A stretch of 64,000 bases of DNA. Origin: Psammoneis japonica. Its lineage: Eukaryota. The notes under the pieces were generated by a model that was given only the letters and a program-made list of their open reading frames with translations, was not told the DNA's origin and ran no database searches. Both the position numbers and the translations under genes were made by a program. Position 1 is the stretch's first letter. Every line of letters begins with the position of its first letter. Shown here piece after piece: positions 37,181 to 50,221 of the stretch. The stretch covers positions 1 to 64,000 of the forward strand of contig QPGO01000109.1 of assembly GCA_008632985.1 (NCBI GenBank). Direction: 5' to 3'.

Positions 37181-40100
37181 CAAGTGTGGCTGACATTGCC
37201 GCCATGTGCCATTGAGCGCTGCAATCAAGCACAATGCAACAACAAGGAGAAACAGCCCCAGCACTTGTGCTCCAACTGATGTGGATGCAAGCAAGCCTGG
37301 AGGCGGCAGAGGTGATTCTGCTTGGAACAACGAAGGCATGGGATCAACAAGTGCCAATGGACTGGTCGATGCTCCTTGCATGGGCATGTGCATGGCAGAG
37401 GAGCATCCAGGAGGTGTGGCAATGGCTTTTCTCAGGATGATTCCCAAGCAGAGCCTCCTCCATCTGGAGGTGATTGAGACTCACCCAGAGCCCAGCAGAG
37501 CCAATCGGAGCCAACAACAGGTGTCAAGATGAACTGCAGCAACAAGAAGGAGGATGCAGCCAATGGAGTGCAGGCAGAGAAGGTGTCAGCATGCAAAGTG
37601 GCAGAATGGCTGTTGACATGGTGCCAGCTGAGAAGGTTGAATGGCAACAAACACAGCAGGCATTTGCCAAAAGCACCTTGCCACCTGCTTCCATTTTAGC
37701 AACTTGCAAAAACAGCACATTGCACACAGTGTGCAGAACTCAAATGGCGAGAGTGGCTTCTCATGGAATTGCAGACAATGATCCAGTTCTGGCAAATGGA
37801 GCAGTGTCCAAGTCACATGCACCAATTAAAACCTTGCCAAGTTGCCTGCAAACAAATGCTGGTTTGCTGTCCTCTGCAACCAAAAACTGTGAAAGCACGC
37901 CCCTGCCATCTGAGTGTCATCAGGTTTCTAATTTGCAGAGAGCTGTGTCACATCTCTGCACATTGCAAAGATTGGGCTGCACTCAAGAGCTGACAAAGAG
38001 GTGCTGTTCACGTCCATTGATGTTTCAGGCCAGCAAAGGGCAGGCACAAAGAGCCCACTGAATGCTTGTGCAACACAGGCGTTGATGCTGGCAACATTTG
38101 AAAATTTGATTGCCATGTCTTTGCCCAGCAGGCTGCAAGATCTTGGGAAGATGCGCTGAACCAAAACCAGAAAACCATGAACAAACATGGAAAGCATGAG
38201 AGCCACAACACCAACACTCGTCCATCAGCAGGCCATGGCAAGGGTTTCCTGGTCTGCCATTGTCCATTGTTCTCCTTCCAAAGCAAAAACAATGACAGTG
38301 TCAACAGCACCTGTGGCAGCAAGGGCAGAAGGAACAGTGTCGGGCATGCCAGTGGACCGAAATGCAGTTGCGGCATTTGAGCTCATGACAGCATCTGTGG
38401 GAGGCAGCGGGGCAAGAACAAAAGAAGTGTGAGTCACTGGCCTTCATTGTGGATGTTGTTGGCAAAAGACAATGATGGCATCAACAGCGCCTACATCAGT
38501 GAGGGCAGGAGCAACAGCGCTGGGCAAGCCAGGGGCCCAAAATGCAGGGACGGCATTGGAATTCATGACGGCATCTGTGGGAGGTGGCGGAGTGTGCAAA
38601 CACCAGTGTGAGTTTGTGGCATCTTATTTTGCATGCACCACACCCACAAGAACTGGAACAATGACATCACCTGTTGCATCAGCGTCATTGGCAACCGGCA
38701 TCAGCAGGACTGGCATCCTGGGAAGGCAATGGGGAAGAACCACAAGGCACCATCATGGTCGAGTCATCAAAACGCATGTTTTTTTGTGCAAAGAAAAGGA
38801 GCTGCCAAAAGTGTGTTTCCACGCCCCTGGTTTTTAGAGGTCAGAGTTCCAGGGGAGAATGTGGTTCAGATTTTTTTTGTTGCCATTGGCATTTGTGCCA
38901 GGTGCACAAAGAAATGTGAGGGCATTTGTGCAAAAACACAAAATGAACAAGATGCCAATCTGCCACACAGCCATGACATCACCACATTCTCCCCTGCCCA
39001 CCACAGCTCAACTTATGTGTGCGGTGGTGTTGGCATCAAATCACATGACCAAAAACATTTTGTGTCACTTGCAGATGACATGGCAGGAATTTGGAGTTCT
39101 CACAAAAAACACATGTCTCACTGAGCTCGCAGATTCCATGAGTGCTGCACCAGAAACAAAGATTGCAGCAAAACATTTGCATTTTTTTCTTTGATGATGA
39201 GCAAAAGCCGTTGCGCAATGCTGGGTGAAGGCATCAAGACCCTTGGTTTGATGGCCCCATGTGCCAACCTTGACACATGCCAAGCACACATGGGAAGCCT
39301 GTGCCAAGGGTTTGAAGTGGGGATGTCGCGAATGTTGCCGATGCTTTTTTGGAGCCCTGTTTCACCATCTTTGTCTGCTGGCCAGTGCGCTTTCTTTGTC
39401 AACTGTTTCAGCAAAGACTTGGTCAGCAGCAAAAAGTGCAAGCCACACTTGCATCACAACATGTCTGAGCCACAACCTGAGAGCTTTGCACTGTGCAAAA
39501 CCAACAAAAGCTGCAAAACCTCATCACTGTTTTCCTCGGCACCGGGTGAGTGGGGATTGGAGCAACGTCTTGTGTCAAATGCAGGAAGCAACAAACAAGT
39601 GGATGAACATGGTGGCACATGGCACACCCCACATTCTCATTCTTGAATGCCCGCTTGACAACATGAGAGCTTGCCGATGCAATGAAAGCGAACATCAAAC
39701 AAGTGCTTGCTTCTTCTTCTTCGGAGTCCACAGAGAGAAGACCATGCAACAAAAGACAAAGCAAGATTTGGTCAAAACCAAACACTTCAAACCACACACC
39801 CACATTCTCGCACATGCTGACAACAACATGAGAGGTTTGCACCACAATGAAACAAAAACTAAAAGGCCTTCTCACTTTCTTTCCTCGGCGCAGCGGGTGG
39901 AGTCGACAGGTGCAACGACTGGAGTCGAACAGAGCAAAAAACAAGCCAGCGGTTCTAAATGTGGCACTTGATCCCCCACACTTGCACTCTTGCATGCTCA
40001 CATGACAACATCAGACCTTGCTGCTGCAACAGAAGCAAAAATCAATTGAGTGTTCTTGCTTCTCTTGAGAGTGCACAAGAGAGAAGAAATTGAAAGTGAG

Positions 40101-41299
40101 AAAATTGAAAAGCACATTTCGACATTTTGGCATTGTTTTGAATTACAATGTTCACATTTAACTCACCTTGAACATTCGAAACAGACAACATTCCAGCTCT
40201 TGGTTCAATGAGATGAATAGACACAAAACCCCACCATGTTGCCACTTGTCGGCACCCTCATCAGAGTGCACGATGCAGTGTCATCTGCACACATGATGAA
40301 AACATGTTGCTGTGTCATAAAATCAGCTCATCTGCACACAATGGTCTTTGTCATTTAGCCAATCATCAATCTCCTGCTGTCCTTCATGTTTGAACACAGA
40401 TGTTTTTTAATTTTCACGCTCAGCCTTTTTCACAACAACTGACGATCTTCAACGACAAGCCAAACATTGCAACTGCGTGCAATGAAATTTTCATCATGCA
40501 AAGTGTGCACCAATTGTTCAATCAACAACTGTGCTCCAATTTGCCCAGTCGTCCACATCATCCTCTTCATTCCACATGTCTTGTCCACTCTCTTGCAAGA
40601 ATTTCAAATGTGCCGCTGCCGCGTTGGATGTTTCCTCGTCACCGTTCCAAAAAAGCCACACTGCATTTCTTGCATTTGGGCGAACATCATCGAGAGGAAG
40701 AGGTCCCTTGAAACGCTGAATCGCATCGCTGCTCCCCTCTTGACATCGTGTTGTCGGCTTCTTTTTGTCTTTCTTCATTTTGCCCGTCCCATTTTTCTCT
40801 TCCTTCCTCGTCTTGGCACCGCCTGTTTTCACCGTCTCCGGCGTCTTTCCACCCGAATCCTTCTTTTTCATTGATCCCGTCGCCGTTGCCTTCATCTCTT
40901 GTTGTTGTTGTTGTTGTTTTTTCTGTTGTGTCACTTTGTTTTGGATCCATGTTTCTGACTTCTCTCTGTGCCATCTCCATTTCCGGATGTTTCTTTGTGA
41001 TTGTTCGCATGCGTCACTTGAAGGCACCCATGTGTTTTTCACGTGCCTCAATGCGCGTGCAGAAATCCATGTTGTTTTCCAGTGCGTGCACCCTTTCTCC
41101 TGATGCTGTCATGCACAATGTTTTCTTCCATCAGCTCTACACTCTGCATTGCCCTTTCCCGGTGTGATCTCACGTGGGATTTCCCTGGGAGAAGTCACAT
41201 GCGCGTCTGGCAGGTTTTTGTGTTTAAAACTCCAAATTGTGCCAGGCACGCATGTGACTTCTCCCACACACCACTCTGGCACATTTCTGCAGAAACCAG

Positions 41300-44200
41300 A
41301 TTTTTTGGTGTTGGAACAGCAACCATGGCGCCGTGTGACCTGTTGGTTGCCTCTCTGTTGCAAGACAACAATGATTCCCACCTCGAGGAGGCCGCATTTG
41401 AATCTCTCTTTGCCAATGGTTTTGGAGTGATTGATGGCAACGAGCGGAGCCATGTCAAAGCGACAATCAAGATGGTGAAACCCAAGGTTCAGTTTCACCG
41501 CGATTCCACTTGTGACCCCTCTCTGAATTGGATCGCGCTTGCCTGTGTGTGGCAAAAGTCGAAGGGCAGACCTCATTTTTTTGCAGAGCTGGTGGCTGTG
41601 AACCACATTGTTGCAAAGGAACTTGGGCACAAGAGCTTGCTGCACTTTCTTTCCGCAAAAGGATGGAGTCATTCCAGTCAAGGCACCAAACATCCTCATG
41701 CATTGGAGCATCACCGTGCTCCCAAAGCAGAGGATGTGAAAGTCGTCGTTGACAAGGCAAAATCAACAGACATTGCAACCAACATGATGGCAAAGATTTC
41801 CATGTTGTGCAAGCTTCTCCATGATCCCGGATTGTGCAACCCAAAGGGAGAGCCACTTGTCAAGCACATCAAGCTGAGAAGTTTTGAAGAGAAGGTTTTG
41901 CGTTGTGTGCAACACCTTCACATTGGTTTTTTGATTCTTCGTGAAAAGATTCTGCCGCACGCACCTGAAAGGAATGGTGATTGCGATTGTTGGCTGTGCT
42001 CCCTGTTCGGCGAATGTGACAAGACATCAACTTGCATCAACTTTTTGGAGAATTTCCTGGCTCTTGGTCACTGTGAGACAACTTAAGACGAATGCCCTGT
42101 GTCCTTCCCTGAACTCATAAAGTCGTTGTTCCATCAACACAAACATTCTTGGGGACAGCCCATGCGACCAGCAATGCTCGATGTTGAGCGAGAACAAATG
42201 CACACAACACATGTCGATGAGACTCTTTTAAGATGTGTGAAAATTGATCGTGTGGTTTCTGCCACTGACGATTCCGGCAAAAGCAAGGCCACAAGGGATT
42301 GTTTTGAGGCAGTGTGGAAAGCCAGGCTTTGTGACTTTGCCACTCAGTGCAAGAAGAAAGAAATCGGCAATGCAATTCCATCTGTTGCGAAAAATGCTCG
42401 GAAACAAAAAAATCCAAATGGTGTGAATCCATCACATTGTTTGATTGATTGTTTGTGCTCCTCTTCTCATCTCCAATTCTTCCATTCTTCTTGCCACCTC
42501 TTTAGCCACCTCCCTTTGCTCCTCAAGCCCCAGTCTCAAAAACCCCAAAGATGGCGAACCTTCTGATGTTTCTCAGAACAAATCGTGGATTCTCCAAGAT
42601 GTGCCGACTCTCAAGGAACAATTTGAATGTTCCCGAACAAAGTGGCCGACCCTCGGCACAACTTGTCAGTCGCCTCCTCCTCCGCCAGACAATTTCACAA
42701 AAGAAGAGCTTGTGAAAGTGTTTCCTGAACCATCTCCGTTTGCAATTCTGGGTGAGGTGAAGTCACAACATTCTCACCTTGTCGTCTTTGAGGAAACCCC
42801 CATTTCCGGCTCCTTTGAGGGGAACTGTGTCAAGCACCAGTTGTTCCACAGCATCTCCGATTTCTGCTTGGTGAATCACCTCCGCAAGTTTAAGCATGGA
42901 TTTGAAAACGGCACAGCTCCCAATGATCCGACGCAAGAATCGATGGTTGCGATCACTCACCTGACCCAGTCAACCTCTCATTTTTCCGACGCGGTCACTT
43001 GTTTGCGATGCACGGACAAGATGTGTCAGAAGTGCTTTTTTGGATTGCGATTCAGTGTGTTGTCGACACTCCGTGCAGTGTTGGAACATGGCGAGCCAAA
43101 CAAAAAAAGGGATGGACCAGAATGCAAGTTGTGCTGTCGGATCTGTTTTGGTTGTTGTGGCCAGAATTGCGAAGTCGCAGATGGTGAGTTAGCTGAAGTG
43201 GGACCTGCTCACAAGCCTGGTGCTGTCTTTGGCAGGGACAAGTGGGAGAAGCTTCCAAAGGATGTGCGTGCAATGATGGCCTCAATCTTGGATGCCGTGC
43301 AACTCTGCAAGGATGAAATCAATCTTGTTGCATTGAAAGAAATGCGTTCCTTCCATGACCCGCACCGTGACAGTCTTTTCGCGGCTGAGCTCCGTAAGAT
43401 GGTTGGAGCCAAGCATTTTAGAAGGGAAGGCGTGGAAATTCAAGTTAAGTGCATCTCGTCATCTGGCAAAAAATCCGTTGATTCGGACACCGAGCTGCAC
43501 ATTGACAAAGAGGATTGTGACATGGATGGGTGCAGCAAGACTGGTGCTCTTTGCTTGTCACTGCGAGACGCTGTTGGTCGCTCTTGGTCATTGAAGGTTG
43601 TCACTGCATCCAAAGGCAATGCTGGAAACCATGTCAGTTCGGTGCATGGGCATGCCGAGTTCCGATTGTGCGTGCATGGTCATTTCGCAAAACTTGATCT
43701 GTCACATGCTGCAGAAATGATGAGACACCGTGGCCCTTGTCGTCCTCCGTCGGGCAAGCCAGCCCACAGAAACATCAAAGATTTTTTCCTTGACCCTCAC
43801 TCTGTGTGGGTGGAAGAGGAAATTGGCAAGCCAAATCTTCCGTCCGACACAGTTGAGCATCCCGTTGTTGTCATGCCGAGGAAACGTCTTCTGTTTGCCA
43901 TCGTGGAGGACTTCAATTTGTCGCGCGGTTGTTTGGCAATCATCGACAACCTCGATGAGGTTGGTGTGTGCAATTGCTTTCATTGCACCATTGTGGCTGG
44001 GTGTCAAACAGGATTCTCCCATTTTTGCTGCTTGTTGCGCAACACAGATGCTGTGAAGCATCCTTTTGTGGCTGGCGATTGTGCCCCTTCATCACTTCAG
44101 AGAAGCTGCGAGGCTGTTTGGCAGCATTGTGGGGGATCACAACAACCGACGCATGCAGAGCCCGGGACTTGATTTCGAGGAGGTTCATGTGGCAGAGTGC

Positions 44201-45867
44201 GGGACGAAACTCAATGGTTTGATGGATTTGCTTGTTGGCGGACTGGTTGTTCTCATCGACTGGATCAACGACAATGTTGGCAAGCCAACGTTCAACCACA
44301 AGGCGATCAAGGACATGTTTCAAACTGTGGTCCAAACATGGGATCATGCAGGTGCTGATTGTGGAGAGTTCAGATGCATGAACTCTGTGCAGACATTGAT
44401 GCCCATGTGGCACAGGGATCCATCCTCACCCTGACCTTCACAATCTTGTCCATCCGGCAGCCAAGTTGGGAGTGGCAAAGCAAATGGAGGAAATGAAGGT
44501 CCCGGCGGAGGAGCGCAATTTACTCTTGGAATGGACAGAGGGTGATTTTGATTTGGAAGACTGTGGAAAGAATGGCCCAGAGTCTTTGCCATGTGACCTG
44601 AGTGCAGCTCGTGAAAAGATGGGAATCTGCGATGTCTTTTGTTGCAGACAGCATCTGTTGCTCTTGTTCTCTGATGGGCAATCAATGATCAAGCGGTTTG
44701 GAAGGCATGAACGGGAGCCAGTCCCGTTCGTGACGATTGATGAAGTTCGAGCCGAACTGGAACGGCAAAGAGAGGTTGCTTTTTCATGGCAATCACATTT
44801 GTTTTTTGTCTGATTGTGCTGACATCATCACATTGATTTCTCGTTCTAACAGGAAGAAGGCCGCCGGTGATTTGTTGTCATTCTCAATGAACAAAAGCGA
44901 CAATTGCAAGGAGGAGTCAATTGACGAGAAAACAAGCAAACTTCCCACAACTTACATGGGTGAAGAGGACAAAAGCAAAGAGCCCATTGACGATGAGCAA
45001 AACCAAGTTGCACATTGCTCCGAGGGCGAAGAGGACCACAGCGACTTGGGAGATTGTTTTGCAAGTGACGAAACTGACGGGGAAACACACAATGTGCTGT
45101 GGTTGGGGATGACCCATCTGCTCAATGCAAGGCAACTATCTTCTCAAGAATTGTGCTCTGAGAAGGGGGTGGCCTCAGTGTCGTCCAACCAACACAGGCG
45201 AGACGAGGCCCGCGCAATGGCATTTGAGGAATCTAACAAAACAATCACAAACGTCGTTCTGACAGTTTCTCTCCAAGATGGACATCCTGATCTGCACTTA
45301 AATTGCAATGTGAGAGCAAGAGATTTCGTCAAGAGAGTCAAGCAGCAGTTTGAGAAACTTGTTGATTTTGACAATCATGGGTTCGACCAAATCATGTTGG
45401 ACTGCCGCTGGATGCCAGATGGAGAGTGGTGCGACAGTCGTTTTGGGACGACTCAATTTTTCCAAAGTCTAATTGATCTTTGGGCCTTGCTCTCCAAAAA
45501 CGAAGAAGGGGGGGACATGGTGATTCCCTTTGCTCTTGCAACATTCTTCCAGGTTGTCAAACAATGGAAGAAATTGTCGGCTGTGTTCGACACACGCACA
45601 ATGGACAAGGATGCTGCAAAGAGCCGTGCGAGTGTGTTCTTTGCAAGCAACCTTGTGACCCAAGAACAACAAGAACGGTGGTTGGGAAAGCCTTCCGATC
45701 AGGAAGAAGCTTGTCTTGGAGTTTCCGAAGAAGACATCAGAATGAAAGCAATGGAAGGTGCTCGCACCGCACTGCTTCACGTGCACCGCAATGACTTCGC
45801 CAATTCTGAAAGGATCAAATTCATCATGTTTGCAAGAAAGAGTTGGGTGATCACTGTGAGTGAATGA
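41300..45867 (+). pseudogene. Long degenerate coding region(s) of unknown function, probably from a large transposon
   Basis: Consecutive + ORFs (41043-42086, 42099-42566, 42445-44172, 44737-45867) with protein-like complexity, almost no Tyr, excess Cys/His. Confidence 0.5.
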
Positions 45868-46578
45868 CAGATCCAGACGCGCACCCCATTTTAGAAACAA
45901 ATCTGACCAACACTTCCTTCTGTCCTGTGCAGCCCAAACAAATGGGGCCTTTTCTTGCGCTTCTGCTGCTCCTGGACATTGTTCACAAACCAAAACATTG
46001 TCCCCAATTGCTTTGACAGGGACAACCCACAACTCAGGTGAGTGCTGAGTCTTCTCAGGCATTGAAAGCCAGCTGTTTTGTTTGTGATCAAGCTGCCAGC
46101 GACTGACCAAGTCTGCATGCTGATGCCGTTGCCTCATGGTTCTCTGGTCAATGTTGACAGGGCCTTCATCAAGACTCATGCTCGTCGTCCTTGTCTTGTG
46201 GATGAGAAGGGAAAAGAAGAACAACACGCAAAAAATGGCGGGAAAATGGCAAACATTGCATTGTCTTCCAGATTTGGATGATTCTTGTGGGTGTGACGTG
46301 TCTGCACTTTGATCTTTTGTCTGGCATTTACAGCAAACATTGTTCTTTTTCATTCACTGTCAAAACAAAGGACATTGTCTCCGTTGGAACGCAATGACAG
46401 CCACATCAAAAAGTGAGTTGGACTGTTCATTGTCACACACAAATGTGTTTTCAAATTTCAACGTTGCTGACAACAATTTGTGCAATGTCACAGAGAAAAA
46501 TGGAGTGGCTGGCTGTCTCAACACAACCCAGACGATGGCTGCACTGTCGAACAGTGACACTGCTCTCATTGTTGCCGT

Positions 46579-47640
46579 GTGAAGATCAAGATGTTGTCTC
46601 CAGCACCACCGGCAAAGAAGAGAAAGAAAAATGAGACTGTCAAGCCAATGAGCCCAAGACTTCAGGCAGTGTTGAAGAGAACAGGTGCGCAGGCAGCGCA
46701 TGGTGCATTGAAATCAGAAGCAGAGAAGGTGGCTAGAAATGATCTCTTTCCACAGGTGAAGTTTCTCAGTCCATCAGAATTGGCAAGCAATGGGAGCGTC
46801 TCAATGTTTGTCAAGAAACAGATTGCTGGTGGCAACATGGACACTTCAAATTGGTCAGGAACTTGGGAGGAATGGGCAAAAAAGGCGGTAAAAAGGCAAA
46901 TTGACAATCGCAGAAACACGGTGTGTTCGGCCATTGGGGCAGAGGCAATGGCCCGTAAGTCAAGTGACCAATGTGTGTGATTCGAGAGTTGCGCGCATCT
47001 CACAAGAAGATGACGGTGATGCTTCATCCATGCAGGCATTGTCGCTGAGGAAGAGGGAAAGGAAAAAGAAAAGAAACTCAAGGCGGCAGTCAGGAGGAAA
47101 AAGCAAAACAGGAAAAAGTCAAGCCGTGACAAGAATGAAGAGAATGATGTCCCGTTTGTGCCGACATGGGATCCGTCTGGCCTGGACACTGTCACCGGCG
47201 GCAAACGAAGGAACAAGCAGGCGTGCAAGTGGTTCTGTGATCACATCCCACCTCAAACCAAGCAAAAGCAGGCATGGAGTCGCGCCGTCAAAACTGGGAA
47301 GCACAGGTCTCACAGTTGTTTGCGGCAGGTGACGAAGCTTTGGCGCCATCAGCCATGGAGAATCGCTGGCAGGTGTGGGCATGCAGGAACAAGGAGGAGG
47401 CGGTGGAAGAATTGGGTGAGGAAATGGAGCCCAAAGAAACAAGGCCTGCCCCTCGGCACACGAAGCCAAAGAAACAACGAGTGTCTTGGGGAGACGACGG
47501 AGTCATTCGGTTCAATGATTTGTGCAAAGAGGTGACGAAAGACAGAGACTCCAAGGAGGGCAAGGAGTTTGAAAAGTGGTGTGCAGAGATCAAGAAAAGC
47601 AAGTGCGAGAAGTCCGGAGAAGCAAAAAAGAAGAAGAAGA
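46579..47640 (+). pseudogene. Degenerate repeat-associated ORF family; homolog of 16900-17660
   Basis: 'RNDLFPQVKFL...RQIDNRRNTV', 'DEALAPSAMENRW', 'GVIRFNDLCKEVTKDR'. Confidence 0.55.
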
Positions 47641-47645
47641 CAGCA

Positions 47646-48034
47646 GACGGGTTCCAGCCCCAGGTGGGACTTTTTGTGACATTTGCCCCGCAGAATTCTA
47701 CGTGCAAGCTCTGCAGTTCATGCTCTGGTCAATGGATGTGTTCATCTTTGACAGAAAATGAATGGCCAAGTTTGCAGCACACACATCTCTGTTCGCACTT
47801 GAAGTTTTGGACAATGCGCCTGCCCTGCGCCATTCTTGAGACACTCGAGAATGGCGCAGAAGAAAAAAATGTCAAAAGTTGTTGAATGGATCGCCTGACA
47901 ATTGTGCTGTAAAATGATGCAAAATTTTGCCAAAACCACGTAGAAATGTACGTGCGCGACACACGACGCAATTCAAAAAACTGTCGATGTCACAGTTCAG
48001 CAGTGCGAGGTCCCACCCAGACCTGGAACGCGTC
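47646..48034. mobile_element. MITE, GAC...GTC family, copy 6 (389 bp), TSD AGCA
   Basis: 'gacgggttccagccccaggtgggac...gtcccacccagacctggaacgcgtc'; AGCA on both sides. Confidence 0.92.
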
Positions 48035-48930
48035 AGCACCGACCGGTGATGCGGAGAAGGTGAAGGCAATGAACAGCCTGATGGTGGAGAGCAGCAGAGA
48101 CGACAACAGCAACGACAATGAGCAGGAGGAAGGCGCAAAAGGAAAAATGAATGATGGAGGAGATGAATCCGATGAAGACCAGTCCAATGAAGACGAGTCC
48201 GATGATGATTGTCAGCTCAGTTTAAGAGAGTTGCAGCAAGAAAATGTGCGCACAGTTGACACAGCACTCGGTCATTGCACTGCAGACGTGACAAGGAATT
48301 GACTTAACCAACAAAATGTTTTTCTCGTTTAAAATGATGTTTGCGAAAATTAACAAACCAAGGTTTGTGTGGCAATGCAATCGCGCATTGGCATGTGGCA
48401 AAAAGGTGGAGGCAGAAATGGCGATGTGGACACAGTGAAAAACAGCACACACAATTCTCAACAAGTTATTGCAACATTGGCACACCAAACTTGTGACCAG
48501 AGGTTGGCCTGTCATCACACGACAACAACATTTTGCAACATTTTAACAAATTGTCATCATGCAAATCTGCACATTTTTAACATTTCGTGCACTCTGATGC
48601 TCAGAATGCTCCGACATTTCTTCCTCATTGTTGGCAACTGAATTTCTTTAATTTCCGTGCAATTTCAAGCAAACAAGCATTGTGGGGCACTTCGAATGTT
48701 AATGATGCAAGGAGCTGATTGTCAGCACATGATGCACTTACGATGGCCTTCGAAACACTTCCAGCTTCATGGTGAAGGTTTCGGGTTGAGAAAAAAATGC
48801 GCAACCTTCCGCTGCGGTCTTGCCGTCACAAGTCTACTCAAGATCTTGGTGCTATTTGTTTTGGCCTGCTATTGTCATAAACCTCGCTTCTTACTTCCAC
48901 ACAACATTCAATCAATGCACACATTAATCA

Positions 48931-49866
48931 ATGAAAGACCTCTCATTGCTCTTTCATCTTCTTCTTCTTGTGGCATTCTCTGCGCCTGCCTTGGGATTTT
49001 CCCCGCAATTTCGGCAGAAGTACCTGACTCGTCGGTACGACGCGGTGAAGGATGTCCAAAACCTTCTCCGGGACGCCAACGCTTTTGCCAGGGATTGGCT
49101 GCCCGATTTATCTCCTGAGGAACTCAATCAACTGGTGGAAATTGATTATGACGCCATTCAAGATTCCCTTCAGTCCTCCGACACGGTCCAAGTGACGTAC
49201 CACAGGAACTGGCTGTCTCGCAAACTCTTTATTGGCTTTGAACCAACCGGCAAGGCCAATGGCAAAGGCTTTGTCTTTTATCCCGGTGCGCTAGTCCGTG
49301 CCGAGGCCTATGCTCCCATGTGTCGGGCCATTGCCGAACAGGGCTGTCATGTCGCGCTGTTGACGCCACCCATGTTGGTTAGTTTGGCCGATGTCGATGA
49401 AGCCGATGCCCCGATCAACTACTATGGCGATCAGGTCCAACAATGGGCCATTTCGGGACATTCCATGGGAGGCGTGGTGGCGGCGGCCTATGCCAACAAG
49501 CATGCGCACGATGCGAACAACAAACTGCAAGCCGTCATTCTGTTAGCGTCGTATCCGTCGGCCTTGCCCGATGTTATCACCGCTGGCGACTTGTCCGACG
49601 ATTCCTACGATACCACGTCCATTTATGGCAGTGTCGATGGCCTGACGACGCAGTTGTTTATTCAAGCCAGCAAGTACCTGTTGCCCGCCAATGCCAAATT
49701 TGTCTGCATTGAGGGAGGCAATCATTCTCAGTTCTACTATGGGAAACACCTACAGTTGGGCGACAATCCCGCCACCGTGAGCCGGGCCGAGCAACAACAC
49801 ATTGTGATCAATGCCATTGGAACCATTCTGAACAACATGGTGGTGGCGAGGCGACGCGAGGTGTAA
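48931..49866 (+). CDS. Alpha/beta hydrolase (esterase-like) with signal peptide
   Basis: 311 aa; FYPGA, nucleophile GHSMGG, GSVDG, GGNHSQF; hydrophobic N-terminus; normal Tyr/TpA use. Confidence 0.9.
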   Translation: MKDLSLLFHLLLLVAFSAPALGFSPQFRQKYLTRRYDAVKDVQNLLRDANAFARDWLPDLSPEELNQLVEIDYDAIQDSLQSSDTVQVTYHRNWLSRKLFIGFEPTGKANGKGFVFYPGALVRAEAYAPMCRAIAEQGCHVALLTPPMLVSLADVDEADAPINYYGDQVQQWAISGHSMGGVVAAAYANKHAHDANNKLQAVILLASYPSALPDVITAGDLSDDSYDTTSIYGSVDGLTTQLFIQASKYLLPANAKFVCIEGGNHSQFYYGKHLQLGDNPATVSRAEQQHIVINAIGTILNNMVVARRREV

Positions 49867-50221
49867 TTCTTTCTCCTATTTTTCAAAAGCAACAAAACCA
49901 CTTGCTACCTTTTCCCCTATACCGTGAACGAAGTATCCGAGTTATTTTTTCCCATGAGCAACACCAAAGCTGTGTACGCGGTGCCTTGCTCATAACGAGG
50001 TTCGGCCGGAATGACAAAACTTGGGAGTGCCACCTGTGTGTGGTATTGCGCCGGATGATGAACAAGGGTCTAGCCAGCTAGCTAATTCTAAGACCAACAA
50101 GTGCATCTCTCCCACGGAGCGTCTACCGGGTTTCTTCAGCAATCACTTAATTTCAATTCTTCTAGTTGGGCGTGTACCGTATGTCCACCAGGACCCCCCC
50201 TTCACTGAAATCAAAACGAGG

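Noticed and set aside
34920..41000. Assignable genes in this interval
   Set aside because: TpA-erased fragments with no motif I could recognise.
1..48650. Classical RIP or CpG decay alone
   Set aside because: RIP raises TpA; CpG decay cannot turn TAY into TGY/CAY or CCCTAA into CCCCAA/CCCTGA.
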